Shown here: in pieces, positions 55,698 through 64,000 of the stretch
Numbering within the stretch: the stretch's first letter is position 1
How the letters are laid out: each line of letters opens with the position of its first letter
Source of the DNA: a virus
Strand: one strand, 5' to 3'
Virus record (IMG/VR): IMGVR_UViG_3300032893_000009
Span: 1-64,000 of that record
DNA length: 64,000 nt
Position numbers and translations under genes: made by a program
Notes under the pieces: generated by a model
Told to the model about the DNA's origin: nothing
Databases searched by the model: none
What the model saw: only the letters and a program-made list of their open reading frames with translations

Positions 55698-56678
55698 GTG
55701 ATTCCCAAGCCCAAAGCGAAGCGTGCCGAACCTGCTGCGCCAGCCAGCGTGGCGGCACCCGTGAAGTCTGCGGTTCTGGACATCGATGGCAATGCCATTC
55801 AGACGCAGGTCCACAAGATGCTGGACACCCCGATCTTCGCGGTGAAGGAGCGCTACTGGCTGGATACCAAGTCACCGGAGCTGAATGCTACTTTCGGCTC
55901 ACGGGAGAGGGGCATTCCTTACGGCAAGGTCTTTGAGATTTCTGGTTTGGAGCACAGTGGCAAGACTCTGATCGCCAACCTGCTTATGGGCATGGCTCAG
56001 GACGACGGCGCGGCTGCCGGGTACATCGATCTGGAGGATAGCCGCGACGGGGCGTGGGCTACCAAGCTGGGTGTGCATTGGAATGCTGTGACACAGTTCT
56101 ACCCACAACTGGTTAGGCAGGAGAAAGGTCCACCGAAGCTGCTCGGTGTTGAAGAGATTTGCGACCGGGCAGAGAAGGCCATGTATCTGCTACACAAGAG
56201 GGCCGGAGCCAAGAAGCAGTTTTGGTTCCTCGACTCCGTGGCCATGATGGTGACCGGCAAGCAGGTGGATGCTGGCCTGACAGAAATCACTATGAATTCC
56301 AAGCTGGACCGCGCCGCATTTCTGGCTACCATGCTGCCGCGCTGGACGGGACTGGCTGCGAACTACAACGCCATGATCCTTGTCTCCAACCATCTGCACA
56401 ACAAGGTGGGCAAGTTCTTCGGCGATCCCTACGAGACTCCCGGGGGCCGTGCCCTGCGCCACGTCTGTGCGGTGCGGGTGCGTGGGGCGCGCGCCAAGAA
56501 CGGGCGGCTGATGCAGGGCAAGCGGGTGATTGGGCTGGCCAGCATTTTCCGCAATCTGAAGAACAAGAGCGGAGACGGTTCCGTGGAAGGCTGCGAAGTG
56601 GGTTTCAAGGTGCGCTGGGACAAGCCCCTCGCAGTGGTGCAGTTTATGAACGCCAACGAACTCAGAGGAGATGAGTAA
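55698..56678 (+). CDS. recA: RecA-like recombinase
   Basis: GIP.G...EISG.EHSGKT, YIDLE, DSVA, TPGGRAL and KNK. Confidence 0.92.
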   Translation: MIPKPKAKRAEPAAPASVAAPVKSAVLDIDGNAIQTQVHKMLDTPIFAVKERYWLDTKSPELNATFGSRERGIPYGKVFEISGLEHSGKTLIANLLMGMAQDDGAAAGYIDLEDSRDGAWATKLGVHWNAVTQFYPQLVRQEKGPPKLLGVEEICDRAEKAMYLLHKRAGAKKQFWFLDSVAMMVTGKQVDAGLTEITMNSKLDRAAFLATMLPRWTGLAANYNAMILVSNHLHNKVGKFFGDPYETPGGRALRHVCAVRVRGARAKNGRLMQGKRVIGLASIFRNLKNKSGDGSVEGCEVGFKVRWDKPLAVVQFMNANELRGDE

Positions 56679-56679
56679 C

Positions 56680-57090
56680 ATGGCAACGAAAAAGACAAGC
56701 GAGGCCCCCGAGGGTACAGGGGAGCAGACCGGGGCGCTGAGCCGCGAAGCTGAATTGACTGCTGCGTTGAATGAGGTGAAGACGCAGCTTGCTAACCAAG
56801 AATCTTTGTACCAGCACGAAGTTGGACGGCTGAAGGGCATCATCGAGCGGCTGCAGCACGAGTCCAAGAGCGTGCATCCCGACGCCACTCCACAGGGCGC
56901 GCTGTCCTATATCATCACCTATCTCGAAGCTGTGGCGGTTGGTGGAAGCGCCGGTTATCTGCGCAGCGCTGTGCATGTAGCTGCTGGCCGTTTGAACACC
57001 GATGATCGCATGAAGCTGCGCGAGTACGTGCAGCGTTTGGCCTCTGCTACTGACGCCGTGGTGCAGGAATCCGCAACATTCTTCGTGTAA
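56680..57090 (+). CDS. Hypothetical coiled-coil protein
   Basis: gaggag RBS. Confidence 0.65.
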   Translation: MATKKTSEAPEGTGEQTGALSREAELTAALNEVKTQLANQESLYQHEVGRLKGIIERLQHESKSVHPDATPQGALSYIITYLEAVAVGGSAGYLRSAVHVAAGRLNTDDRMKLREYVQRLASATDAVVQESATFFV

Positions 57091-57100
57091 GGGGGCCGTT

Positions 57101-57424
57101 GTGCAGTTTGTTTGCGGAGTTGTGGACAAGCAGGGGGTGCGCCGCATCCTTACCGCCGAGAGTACGCCGACACTGGAGAACATCGACGACGCGGCGCGGC
57201 GCATGACTGCTCTGCCTGTGGACTGGGGGCCGGAGGCCGATCAGGAAGCCAGCCGGTGGGCTGCGTGGATCATTCTTGATACTGTGACGGGCGCGGTTAT
57301 AGCAGATCGATATTGCGAGCAATATGCTGCTGAGGTGGTCAGGAAGCTGAGCACGGATCGCATGTGGCTCCTACCTGTGGGCGAGGTCGAGGAATGGCTG
57401 AGAACCAAGCAGAAAGTAAACTGA
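57101..57424 (+). CDS. Hypothetical protein
   Basis: Fills the gap, GTG start. Confidence 0.55.
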   Translation: MQFVCGVVDKQGVRRILTAESTPTLENIDDAARRMTALPVDWGPEADQEASRWAAWIILDTVTGAVIADRYCEQYAAEVVRKLSTDRMWLLPVGEVEEWLRTKQKVN

Positions 57425-58452
57425 CGCAGCAGCTGTCTCTCGCGGCACGGCCCAGAACACTGGATGGCCTGATCGGACAGGGAAGAATGGTGAGCCGCAT
57501 TCGTGGCCACATCGATACAGGCCGCTACCCCAAGGCGTGGTTGTTCTACGGACCCAAGGGGGTGGGCAAAACAACCACTGCGCGTATTCTGGCTCTCTCT
57601 TACCAGTGCTCTCATCAGGAGCTGTTCGGACGGCCATGCAAGGCCTGCCGCGCGCTGTGCCCGGAGGGGGTCTCTGCGGGCATCTGGAGCAACTTTCCCG
57701 TGCTGGAGATTTCCGGTGCGGCCATCTCGACGAAGGAAGAAATGGGCTATGCGCTGTCAGCGGCGCATGCGGGCATCATGGGCGTGGGGCGCTACCGGGT
57801 GTACATCATCAACGAGGTGCAGCGCTGCAGCAGCGCCTGCCTGAGCCTGTTTCTGGATCGCATGGAAGACACTCCCCGGAGCACGGTATTCATCTTCACC
57901 ACCACCGAGGCCTCGCGCCTGAGCGACCCGTTCCGGTCCCGCTGCCAGTGCTACGAGCTGAGAGAGCTGGACGCCGATGGTGTGGGATTGATGGTGGGAC
58001 GTCTTCTGAAGCGCATCGGAAGCGCGTTGCCTGCCGACCGGCTGGTGGAAGCGCTGCTTGACAGCAAGGTATTCTCACCCCGGCTGGTGGCGCAGGCTGT
58101 CGAGAAGTACACCGCCGGGTGCGACCCGGATGAGGCGGCGCTGGTGAGCGGCACGCCGGACGTGGACATCATGGCGCTGTCCAAGGCTATTACCCATGGA
58201 GACTGGCCGAGCGCCGCACAGTATTTGCAGGGAGCGCAGCGCAGCGATGCCCGTTCTTTGCGGGTACTGCTGATGAAGTACCTGCGCGACCAGCTGCTGG
58301 AGTCGTCGGAGATCGGGCCGAGGGCAACCACGGTAGCCAAGGCCATCGATCTCATGTCAAGTGTGACTAATGCCGAGGATGAGGTGGTATTTGCAGCCAT
58401 CTGCTCATCTGCTTATTCTCTGACGAAGCTGTTCAGCCAGTATACGGTGTGA
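57394..58452 (+). CDS. dnaX: Clamp loader AAA+ ATPase (DnaX gamma/tau-like)
   Basis: RP.T...LIGQ, GPKGVGKTT.AR, C...PC..C, FIF.TTE and SRC. Confidence 0.88.
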   Translation: MAENQAESKLTQQLSLAARPRTLDGLIGQGRMVSRIRGHIDTGRYPKAWLFYGPKGVGKTTTARILALSYQCSHQELFGRPCKACRALCPEGVSAGIWSNFPVLEISGAAISTKEEMGYALSAAHAGIMGVGRYRVYIINEVQRCSSACLSLFLDRMEDTPRSTVFIFTTTEASRLSDPFRSRCQCYELRELDADGVGLMVGRLLKRIGSALPADRLVEALLDSKVFSPRLVAQAVEKYTAGCDPDEAALVSGTPDVDIMALSKAITHGDWPSAAQYLQGAQRSDARSLRVLLMKYLRDQLLESSEIGPRATTVAKAIDLMSSVTNAEDEVVFAAICSSAYSLTKLFSQYTV

Positions 58453-58460
58453 GGACGTTT

Positions 58461-61271
58461 ATGAGACTGCTGTTCACGAGTGATTGGCAGGTTCATTTCA
58501 GTAACATGCTGGAGTGTGAACTTTCGCTGGAGGAATTGCTGGCCGCCGCCGACAAGTACAAGCCTGCGGTGATCATCCACGGCGGCGACATGAAAGAGGA
58601 CTACTCGCCTGTGGACGTGGAGGTGGTGAAGTTTGCCGTCCGGGCAGTGCGCCGCATTCGGGAGGCCGGGCACCGGTTCATCATCAATCTGGGCAACCAC
58701 GACCGCATCAGCCAGTCGAGCGAGTCCAAGGACTGGCTGGATGTGCTGGCCGCCGCCGGGGCTGAGGTGGTCACCAAGCCTGCCATCAAGAAAATCGGGA
58801 ATTTGGCCCTGTGCTGCCTTCCGTTCACGGCGGACAGGGAAATGCTCATCAAGGGGGCAAAAGCCCTGCTACGGGCTTCTGCGGGCCACCACGGGCCTAA
58901 AATCCTGCTCTTCCATACCGAGATTGCCGGTGCGGTGCTGAATTCTGCTGGAAGGCTGGGCCACGGCCCCACCCCAGAGGAGCTGGGCTTCGATCAGTAC
59001 GACGCCTGTTTCGGCGGCCATATTCACAACCACCAGAGGATCAGCGAGAACAGCTGGTATATCGGAGCCCCGTTTGCGCAGGACTGGGGCGACGCCAATT
59101 CCAGCCGGGGTCATCTGCTAGTAGATGTAGTACAGACGGTGGGGGTGAAGCAGCTGCGCACTGATATTCCTCACTGGTACGACGTGGGCTATCTGGAGGA
59201 GAACAAGATCACCCCCGAGGCCGGAGCCTACATCCGGTCCAAGGTGCCGGTGACCAGTCGCCGCATCACCGATCAGCTGCGCGAGGAAGAGGAGCGTATT
59301 CGTGCGAAGTACGGCGAGGTGCGGGTTCACACCGTTCCGGTGCTGGTGGACGAGACCCCTGATCAGATGGTGCTCAAGGGTGCCACCGACCGGGAGAAGA
59401 TCGAGCAGTACGTGGCAGCGACCATCACCGAGCAGCACCGCTTCGAGCCCGCGCAGGCGGTCAGCTACATGGAGTCCAAGCTGCAGGGTCTGAAGGAGGG
59501 CGCGCAGGGCGGCGATCTGCATTTCGTGGGCGTGGAGGCGCATAACGTTCTGGTGTTCGAGGACGTGAAGATGCGGCTGGAGAAGCTGGGACTGGTGCTG
59601 GTGCGCGGGGAAAGCGAGGACTGGCCCGGGCGCTCCAACGGCACCGGCAAGAGCAGCCTGCTGAGTCTGGTTCCGATTGCCATGTTCGGGGTGGTGCCCA
59701 ACAAGAAGCAGAAGGCCGATGCGTGGGCTTACGAGCGCGACGAGGCTCCGGCTACGGTGCGCTTGTTGTTGCAAGACGCAGCCAAGCGCAAGATCGAGAT
59801 CATCCGGGGCCGCAGGCCGCACCTGATTCAACTGCGCATCGACGGTGAGGACAAGTCTTCAGGCATCCGAGGCACTGGCAAGAACGAGACACAGGGCCTC
59901 ATCGAGCAGGTGACCGGCTACGATATGCAGATGCTGATGAACGCCGTGTACATCGATCAGGCGGTGGCCAACAGCTTCGTATTCGGCACCCCCAGCGGAC
60001 GCATGGACCTGATTGCCCGCTTCCAGAACCTCGAACGCTTCGACAAGGCTCTTGCGGCGGTGGGCGCGGATTACAAGCGCTGGGAAGGAGCCGTACCACC
60101 GTTGACCGCCCAGATTGAATTATGGGAGCAGGAGATTGATGGGCTGAAGGACGAGCTGCATGCAATCGAACAGGAGCAGAAGTCGAACTGGGGCGAGCAG
60201 CTGAAGGAGGAGCAGGCCAAGCTGGGCAACCTCGTGGAACAGCATGCGGCGCTGTCCGGTGTGGCTGCCACCTATGCGGAGATGCAGCGTGAGCTGGACG
60301 ATCTGCTTGCCGACCGTCATAGGGAGCTTGCAGATGTGGAGAAGCTGGACCGGCAGGTGCATGTGGCCAAGGACCGGGCGGAGCGCGGACGCGAGCTGGT
60401 GAGGGCTGGGCAGTGCCCCACCTGCGCGCAGCCCACCAAGAATCTGGGCGACACGCTGGTGAAGAGCTTCGAGAACAAGGCCAAGGAGATCGAGAGCATA
60501 GCACTGCGGCACCGGGACGCGGTAGACGGGTTGGACCGGAAGGTGGCCGATATTTCCACGAAGCTGGGCAAATTCCAACTGCAGATGACAGGATTGGAAG
60601 GCGAACTGAGCGTCAGCCGTGGCCGGGTGCGCGATCTGCAGAAGGTTGCTGACGAAGAGGCTGAGCGCAACCAGACCCGGGCGGCCAAGATCGAGCGCAT
60701 GTCTTTCGAGCTGGCTTTGAAGAAGCGCTACCGCAGGGCGGCGGTCGCAGCGCGGCAGGAACTGATCGTCGGGCTGGAGATGCTGGAGTATGCAAAGAAG
60801 GCCTTTCACCGCAGCGGCATTCCGCTCTACCTTTCCGTGGGGCTGTGCCCGCTGCTCAATCAGGCTGCCGATGAGTACAGCGAGATTTTTACGGATGGCA
60901 AGCTCAAGGTGACCTTCCGCGTCGAGGACGGGGAGTTTGTGGTGGACGTGGTCAACCCGGTGGGCTCGGGGACCACCGAGGGCCAGTCTGCCGGTGAGTC
61001 GGCGATGGCTGGTCTCATCGCGGCATTTTCCGTGCGCGAGGCCGCGCCCAAGACCAATCTGTTGATCTTGGATGAGCCGGGCACGCATCTGGACCCCGAG
61101 GGGTGCCGCCAGTTTGCACGGGGAATTCTGAAGCTGAAGGACCGCTTCGAGACCATCATGCTGGTCACGCATAATGCTTATATTGCGTCACTTCTCTCTG
61201 GTGAAACGGTCTACACTGTACGGAAGCGGAGCGGACGAAGCAAGCTCTATCTATCATCAAGGAGAGGGTAA
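58461..61271 (+). CDS. Fused SbcD (Mre11) nuclease - SbcC (Rad50) ATPase
   Basis: SDWQ, GD, GNHD, GHIH; NGTGKS, CPTC hook, SAGE signature, ILDEP and VTH, all in one uninterrupted frame. Confidence 0.9.
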   Translation: MRLLFTSDWQVHFSNMLECELSLEELLAAADKYKPAVIIHGGDMKEDYSPVDVEVVKFAVRAVRRIREAGHRFIINLGNHDRISQSSESKDWLDVLAAAGAEVVTKPAIKKIGNLALCCLPFTADREMLIKGAKALLRASAGHHGPKILLFHTEIAGAVLNSAGRLGHGPTPEELGFDQYDACFGGHIHNHQRISENSWYIGAPFAQDWGDANSSRGHLLVDVVQTVGVKQLRTDIPHWYDVGYLEENKITPEAGAYIRSKVPVTSRRITDQLREEEERIRAKYGEVRVHTVPVLVDETPDQMVLKGATDREKIEQYVAATITEQHRFEPAQAVSYMESKLQGLKEGAQGGDLHFVGVEAHNVLVFEDVKMRLEKLGLVLVRGESEDWPGRSNGTGKSSLLSLVPIAMFGVVPNKKQKADAWAYERDEAPATVRLLLQDAAKRKIEIIRGRRPHLIQLRIDGEDKSSGIRGTGKNETQGLIEQVTGYDMQMLMNAVYIDQAVANSFVFGTPSGRMDLIARFQNLERFDKALAAVGADYKRWEGAVPPLTAQIELWEQEIDGLKDELHAIEQEQKSNWGEQLKEEQAKLGNLVEQHAALSGVAATYAEMQRELDDLLADRHRELADVEKLDRQVHVAKDRAERGRELVRAGQCPTCAQPTKNLGDTLVKSFENKAKEIESIALRHRDAVDGLDRKVADISTKLGKFQLQMTGLEGELSVSRGRVRDLQKVADEEAERNQTRAAKIERMSFELALKKRYRRAAVAARQELIVGLEMLEYAKKAFHRSGIPLYLSVGLCPLLNQAADEYSEIFTDGKLKVTFRVEDGEFVVDVVNPVGSGTTEGQSAGESAMAGLIAAFSVREAAPKTNLLILDEPGTHLDPEGCRQFARGILKLKDRFETIMLVTHNAYIASLLSGETVYTVRKRSGRSKLYLSSRRG

Positions 61272-61498
61272 TGAAGAACGAGGGCAAGCGTGAGCAGGGC
61301 AGCGTGAAGTGGTTCAATGCTGCCAAGGGGTTCGGGTTCATCGGGCGCAGTGAGGGTGATGATGTGTTTGTGCATTACTCCGGCGTGCGCGGAGACGGCT
61401 TCAGGAAGCTGGATGAGGGTGACCTAGTAGAGTTCTCTCTACAGGCATCCAAGACCAAACCGGGGAAGTTTGAGGCCATTGACGTAGTGAAGGTGTAA
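61271..61498 (+). CDS. cspA: Cold-shock domain protein
   Basis: G.VKWFN..KGFGFI....DVFVHYS. Confidence 0.95.
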   Translation: MKNEGKREQGSVKWFNAAKGFGFIGRSEGDDVFVHYSGVRGDGFRKLDEGDLVEFSLQASKTKPGKFEAIDVVKV

Positions 61499-61502
61499 GC
61501 CT

Positions 61503-61946
61503 ATGAGGATCGCAGTGGTGGGAGCTAAGGAAAGGGATACGGAGGAGGATCGTCTGCTGGTTGAGAAGCTGGTGGAGCAGATTTCCTCCGAAGCCCCGCA
61601 CACCGTGTTCGTCGGAATGATGACGCACATCGGGGTGGGGCGGTTTCTCAAGGACAAAATTCTGCGGCGCGACGGCAACGGCAGTTTCTCCTTCTCCATG
61701 ATCGAGTGCTCGGTGCGGGTCTTCGCCCGGGGCATGTCCAAGAGCGATCTGGTGCAGATTTATCTGGCGCGCAACGCCACGCCGTTTGAGATCAGTGACA
61801 TGCTGATTTACCTCGCTTCAGAGGACCGGCGCGGCACCTGCGAAGAGCTGCTGGAGCGCTTTCATCATGCGGGCAGGCCGGTGCTGGTGCTGATGCCGGG
61901 TGACCCGTTGCCGGAGCGTATTCTGGAAAGCGCGGAGGTAGCATGA
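61503..61946 (+). CDS. Hypothetical protein, possibly SLOG-like fold
   Basis: MRIAVVG..R, ARN and RRGT patterns resemble SLOG/DprA-like proteins. Confidence 0.5.
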   Translation: MRIAVVGAKERDTEEDRLLVEKLVEQISSEAPHTVFVGMMTHIGVGRFLKDKILRRDGNGSFSFSMIECSVRVFARGMSKSDLVQIYLARNATPFEISDMLIYLASEDRRGTCEELLERFHHAGRPVLVLMPGDPLPERILESAEVA

Positions 61947-62155
61947 CCTACCATTCGCTGAGCGACAGCGGGATGACGCCGGAGGAGCGCCGTCAAGAGG
62001 CCAATGTCATCATTGCCATATTCAATGACTGCGACGCGCTGGGTAGGCTGAGCCGCAACGAGTATGAATTCGTAGAGAAGATGGCGAAGGGCTTTCCGGT
62101 TTCGACGAGCCAGCTCTTCTGGCTCAGGGATTTGAAAAGCAAGTATTGCGAGTGA
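61943..62155 (+). CDS. Hypothetical protein
   Basis: LS..E.EFV.....S..QL.WL motif; ggagg RBS. Confidence 0.7.
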   Translation: MTYHSLSDSGMTPEERRQEANVIIAIFNDCDALGRLSRNEYEFVEKMAKGFPVSTSQLFWLRDLKSKYCE

Positions 62156-62162
62156 GGAGCGT

Positions 62163-62444
62163 ATGAGCAAAGAAGACGTAGCACGGTACAGGGCGGCTGC
62201 CCATGCAATGCAGACTGCGGTGGCTATGAGCATGGAGGTCGATCCGGGCGATTGCACCCCCAAGCATCTTCGAGTGGGTGTCAATTCAGCTCTGTGTGAT
62301 AGCGGAGCCATGGCCGCGCTGCTTATTGCCAAGGGTCTGATCACCCGGGATGAATACGAGAAGGCGGTTGCGGACATGATGGAAGCTGAGGTGCAGCGCT
62401 ACCGCGAGGAGTTGGGTCTGCCGGACAACGTGATATTTTGGTGA
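62163..62444 (+). CDS. Hypothetical phage protein
   Basis: HAMQT....PKHLRVGVN...LLI.KG.IT..EY. Confidence 0.75.
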   Translation: MSKEDVARYRAAAHAMQTAVAMSMEVDPGDCTPKHLRVGVNSALCDSGAMAALLIAKGLITRDEYEKAVADMMEAEVQRYREELGLPDNVIFW

Positions 62445-62453
62445 GGTAAGCGT

Positions 62454-63230
62454 ATGACAGTTGCTGTGTGTACCATGGGCTGCGACCGCAAGGCTGCAGA
62501 GGGCCAGCCATCTTGGCCTTATCTGTTCGATCTGGACGGCGATTACACCCTTTACATCAACTACGAGTCCACGCATGAAGACAGCGGGGCAAAGTGTGAC
62601 GCCATTGCCGAGGTTGAGGCGCTTGCGCAAAAGTTTCCTCAACGGGTCTGGTCCTTTGACGAGTGGGTCTGGAACACACCTCACGGCACACTCTGGCGTC
62701 ACCGTCCCCAGTACGATCAGGATCAGAACCGGCTGGCCAGCATCGTGACGGCACGGAATATGTGCGTGGAATATGCCATGCAGACCAATGCCAGCCACCT
62801 ATTGTTCTGCGACGCTGACATCATTCCGCCCCGCGACGTGATTCCCAAGCTGCTGGAGCTTAACCGCGATGCGACTTGTGGGCTGGTGCATGGCCGTGGT
62901 GTCCACTCCTCCTGCCAGTATCTGTTTGGCGAGAAGCGGCGCTGGCGGCAGGGTGACCCATCCTACGAGGTCGTGGAGTGCGAGCACGGCAACATCGGCT
63001 TCACCATGATCTCGCGCAAGCTGTTCGAGGCGGTGCGCTTCCGTTACGGCATGTCGATGTATGCCGACGGGCGTAATTGCTTCACCAGCGACGATCCGGC
63101 CTTCCATGCCGACTGCCATCTCAAGTTCGGTACATGGCCTTGGCTCAGGATGGACGTTGAAGGAAAGCATGTGGGCGACCTCAAGGCCGAAGACGTGGCT
63201 GGCTGGGGCGCAGCGGAACCTGCGAGGTAA
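62454..63230 (+). CDS. GT-A fold glycosyltransferase
   Basis: ARN, LLFCDAD (DxD), GFTMISR..F, SDD..F and H motifs. Confidence 0.8.
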   Translation: MTVAVCTMGCDRKAAEGQPSWPYLFDLDGDYTLYINYESTHEDSGAKCDAIAEVEALAQKFPQRVWSFDEWVWNTPHGTLWRHRPQYDQDQNRLASIVTARNMCVEYAMQTNASHLLFCDADIIPPRDVIPKLLELNRDATCGLVHGRGVHSSCQYLFGEKRRWRQGDPSYEVVECEHGNIGFTMISRKLFEAVRFRYGMSMYADGRNCFTSDDPAFHADCHLKFGTWPWLRMDVEGKHVGDLKAEDVAGWGAAEPAR

Positions 63231-63232
63231 TC

Positions 63233-63925
63233 ATGCCCGTTTTGAATGCTACTGTGCGCGACTTCAACGTCTTCAAAACCAGTTGGCAGGGGCCTAGCTA
63301 TTCACAGCTTGGCCAAGACGTGTGGGTGATTTTTCAATTGGGCAGGAAGGCCAACGGCTATTTTGTGGAGATCGGCGCTGGCGATGGTGTGATCAATAGC
63401 AACACCTGCATGTTGGAAAGAAAGTTCAATTGGCAAGGGGTACTGGTTGAACCACGTCGTTCTGCGATCCCTTCATTGCTTGCCAACCGTCCCCTCAGCG
63501 TGAAAATGGGGTACTGTGTGATTGGGAATAAGGCTTGGCCTCCGGGGCAAGAACACAGTGTTCCTTTTACTGAAATGCAGTGGGGAGATTTATCAGTGCA
63601 GGAGGGGTATGGGCAAGACCACATGGCCCTGCACCGCCAGCCGCTTGACACGTACCCTGTCTATGCTTACACGCTGGATGAGATTCTGCATTATGCTCAG
63701 GCACCAAAGCAGATTGACTACATGAGCATTGATACCGAGGGAAGCGAGTACGATATTCTGGCGGCATTCGATTTTAGCCGCTACGACATTCAGCTTTTGA
63801 CTGTGGAGCACAACTTCACCGAGAACCGGGCAAAGACCCGTGCGCTGCTTGAGGCCAACGGCTACTTCTGTGTGGACTGGCCGGAGGTCACGGCTTTTGA
63901 CGATTGGTTTATCAAGGAGAGGTGA
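63233..63925 (+). CDS. FkbM-family methyltransferase
   Basis: YSQ.GQD, FVEIGA.DG...SNT, VEP, IDY.SIDTEGSE and VEHN. Confidence 0.9.
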   Translation: MPVLNATVRDFNVFKTSWQGPSYSQLGQDVWVIFQLGRKANGYFVEIGAGDGVINSNTCMLERKFNWQGVLVEPRRSAIPSLLANRPLSVKMGYCVIGNKAWPPGQEHSVPFTEMQWGDLSVQEGYGQDHMALHRQPLDTYPVYAYTLDEILHYAQAPKQIDYMSIDTEGSEYDILAAFDFSRYDIQLLTVEHNFTENRAKTRALLEANGYFCVDWPEVTAFDDWFIKER

Positions 63926-64000
63926 TGAAGGCGCTTGTAATTGGAGATCATGGTTTTGTTGGACGGCATCTCTGCCCCATGCTGCACAAGGCGGGGTACG
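63925..64000 (+). CDS. NAD-dependent epimerase/dehydratase, truncated by window end
   Basis: MKALVIGDHGFVGRHL: GxxGxxG Rossmann start. Confidence 0.75.
   Translation, partial: MKALVIGDHGFVGRHLCPMLHKAGY

Noticed and set aside
6457-61172. Long minus-strand ORFs (e.g. 6457-7968, 9780-11264, 32264-33856, 37299-38666, 52482-53894)
   Set aside because: They are antisense shadows of GC3-rich genes and show no recognisable motifs.
1-64000. Stop-codon reassignment
   Set aside because: TAA, TAG and TGA all terminate intact genes and coding density is high under the standard code.

Overview
A 64 kb slice of a large, GC-rich tailed dsDNA phage, probably a siphovirus (tail tube, chaperones and a 1450-aa tape measure protein, no sheath gene seen). 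Almost all genes lie on the + strand. Positions 1-32.2 kb are virion morphogenesis: a repeat fibre-like protein and adaptor, prohead protease/scaffold, major capsid, a block of multi-domain head-cargo effectors, neck and tail genes, and a tail-tip protein ending in a Hint domain. Positions 32.3-64 kb are replication, recombination and accessory genes: SF2 helicase, DnaB, primase, 5'-3' exonuclease, sigma-like factor, Dam-type methylase, probable clamp, UDG-PolA with an intein, UvsY-like, SSB, RecA, clamp loader, fused SbcD-SbcC, cold-shock protein, and glycosyltransferase/FkbM/epimerase genes. Several homing endonucleases are scattered throughout. The best candidate for an undescribed system is 6.2-17.1 kb. 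There, effector modules (zeta-toxin kinase, HAD, Fic, possible SAM lyase, ParB-like, HipA/PI4K-like kinase, InPase) are strung into polyproteins. Most modules start with [ILV]-x-[AS] followed by an aromatic-x4-5-[PA]RD-xx-G-x-[WF] tag. Two small ORFs with their own RBS are overprinted in the +1 frame directly behind two effector domains and are candidate nested antitoxins. All calls come from reading motifs by eye; no database searches were run.
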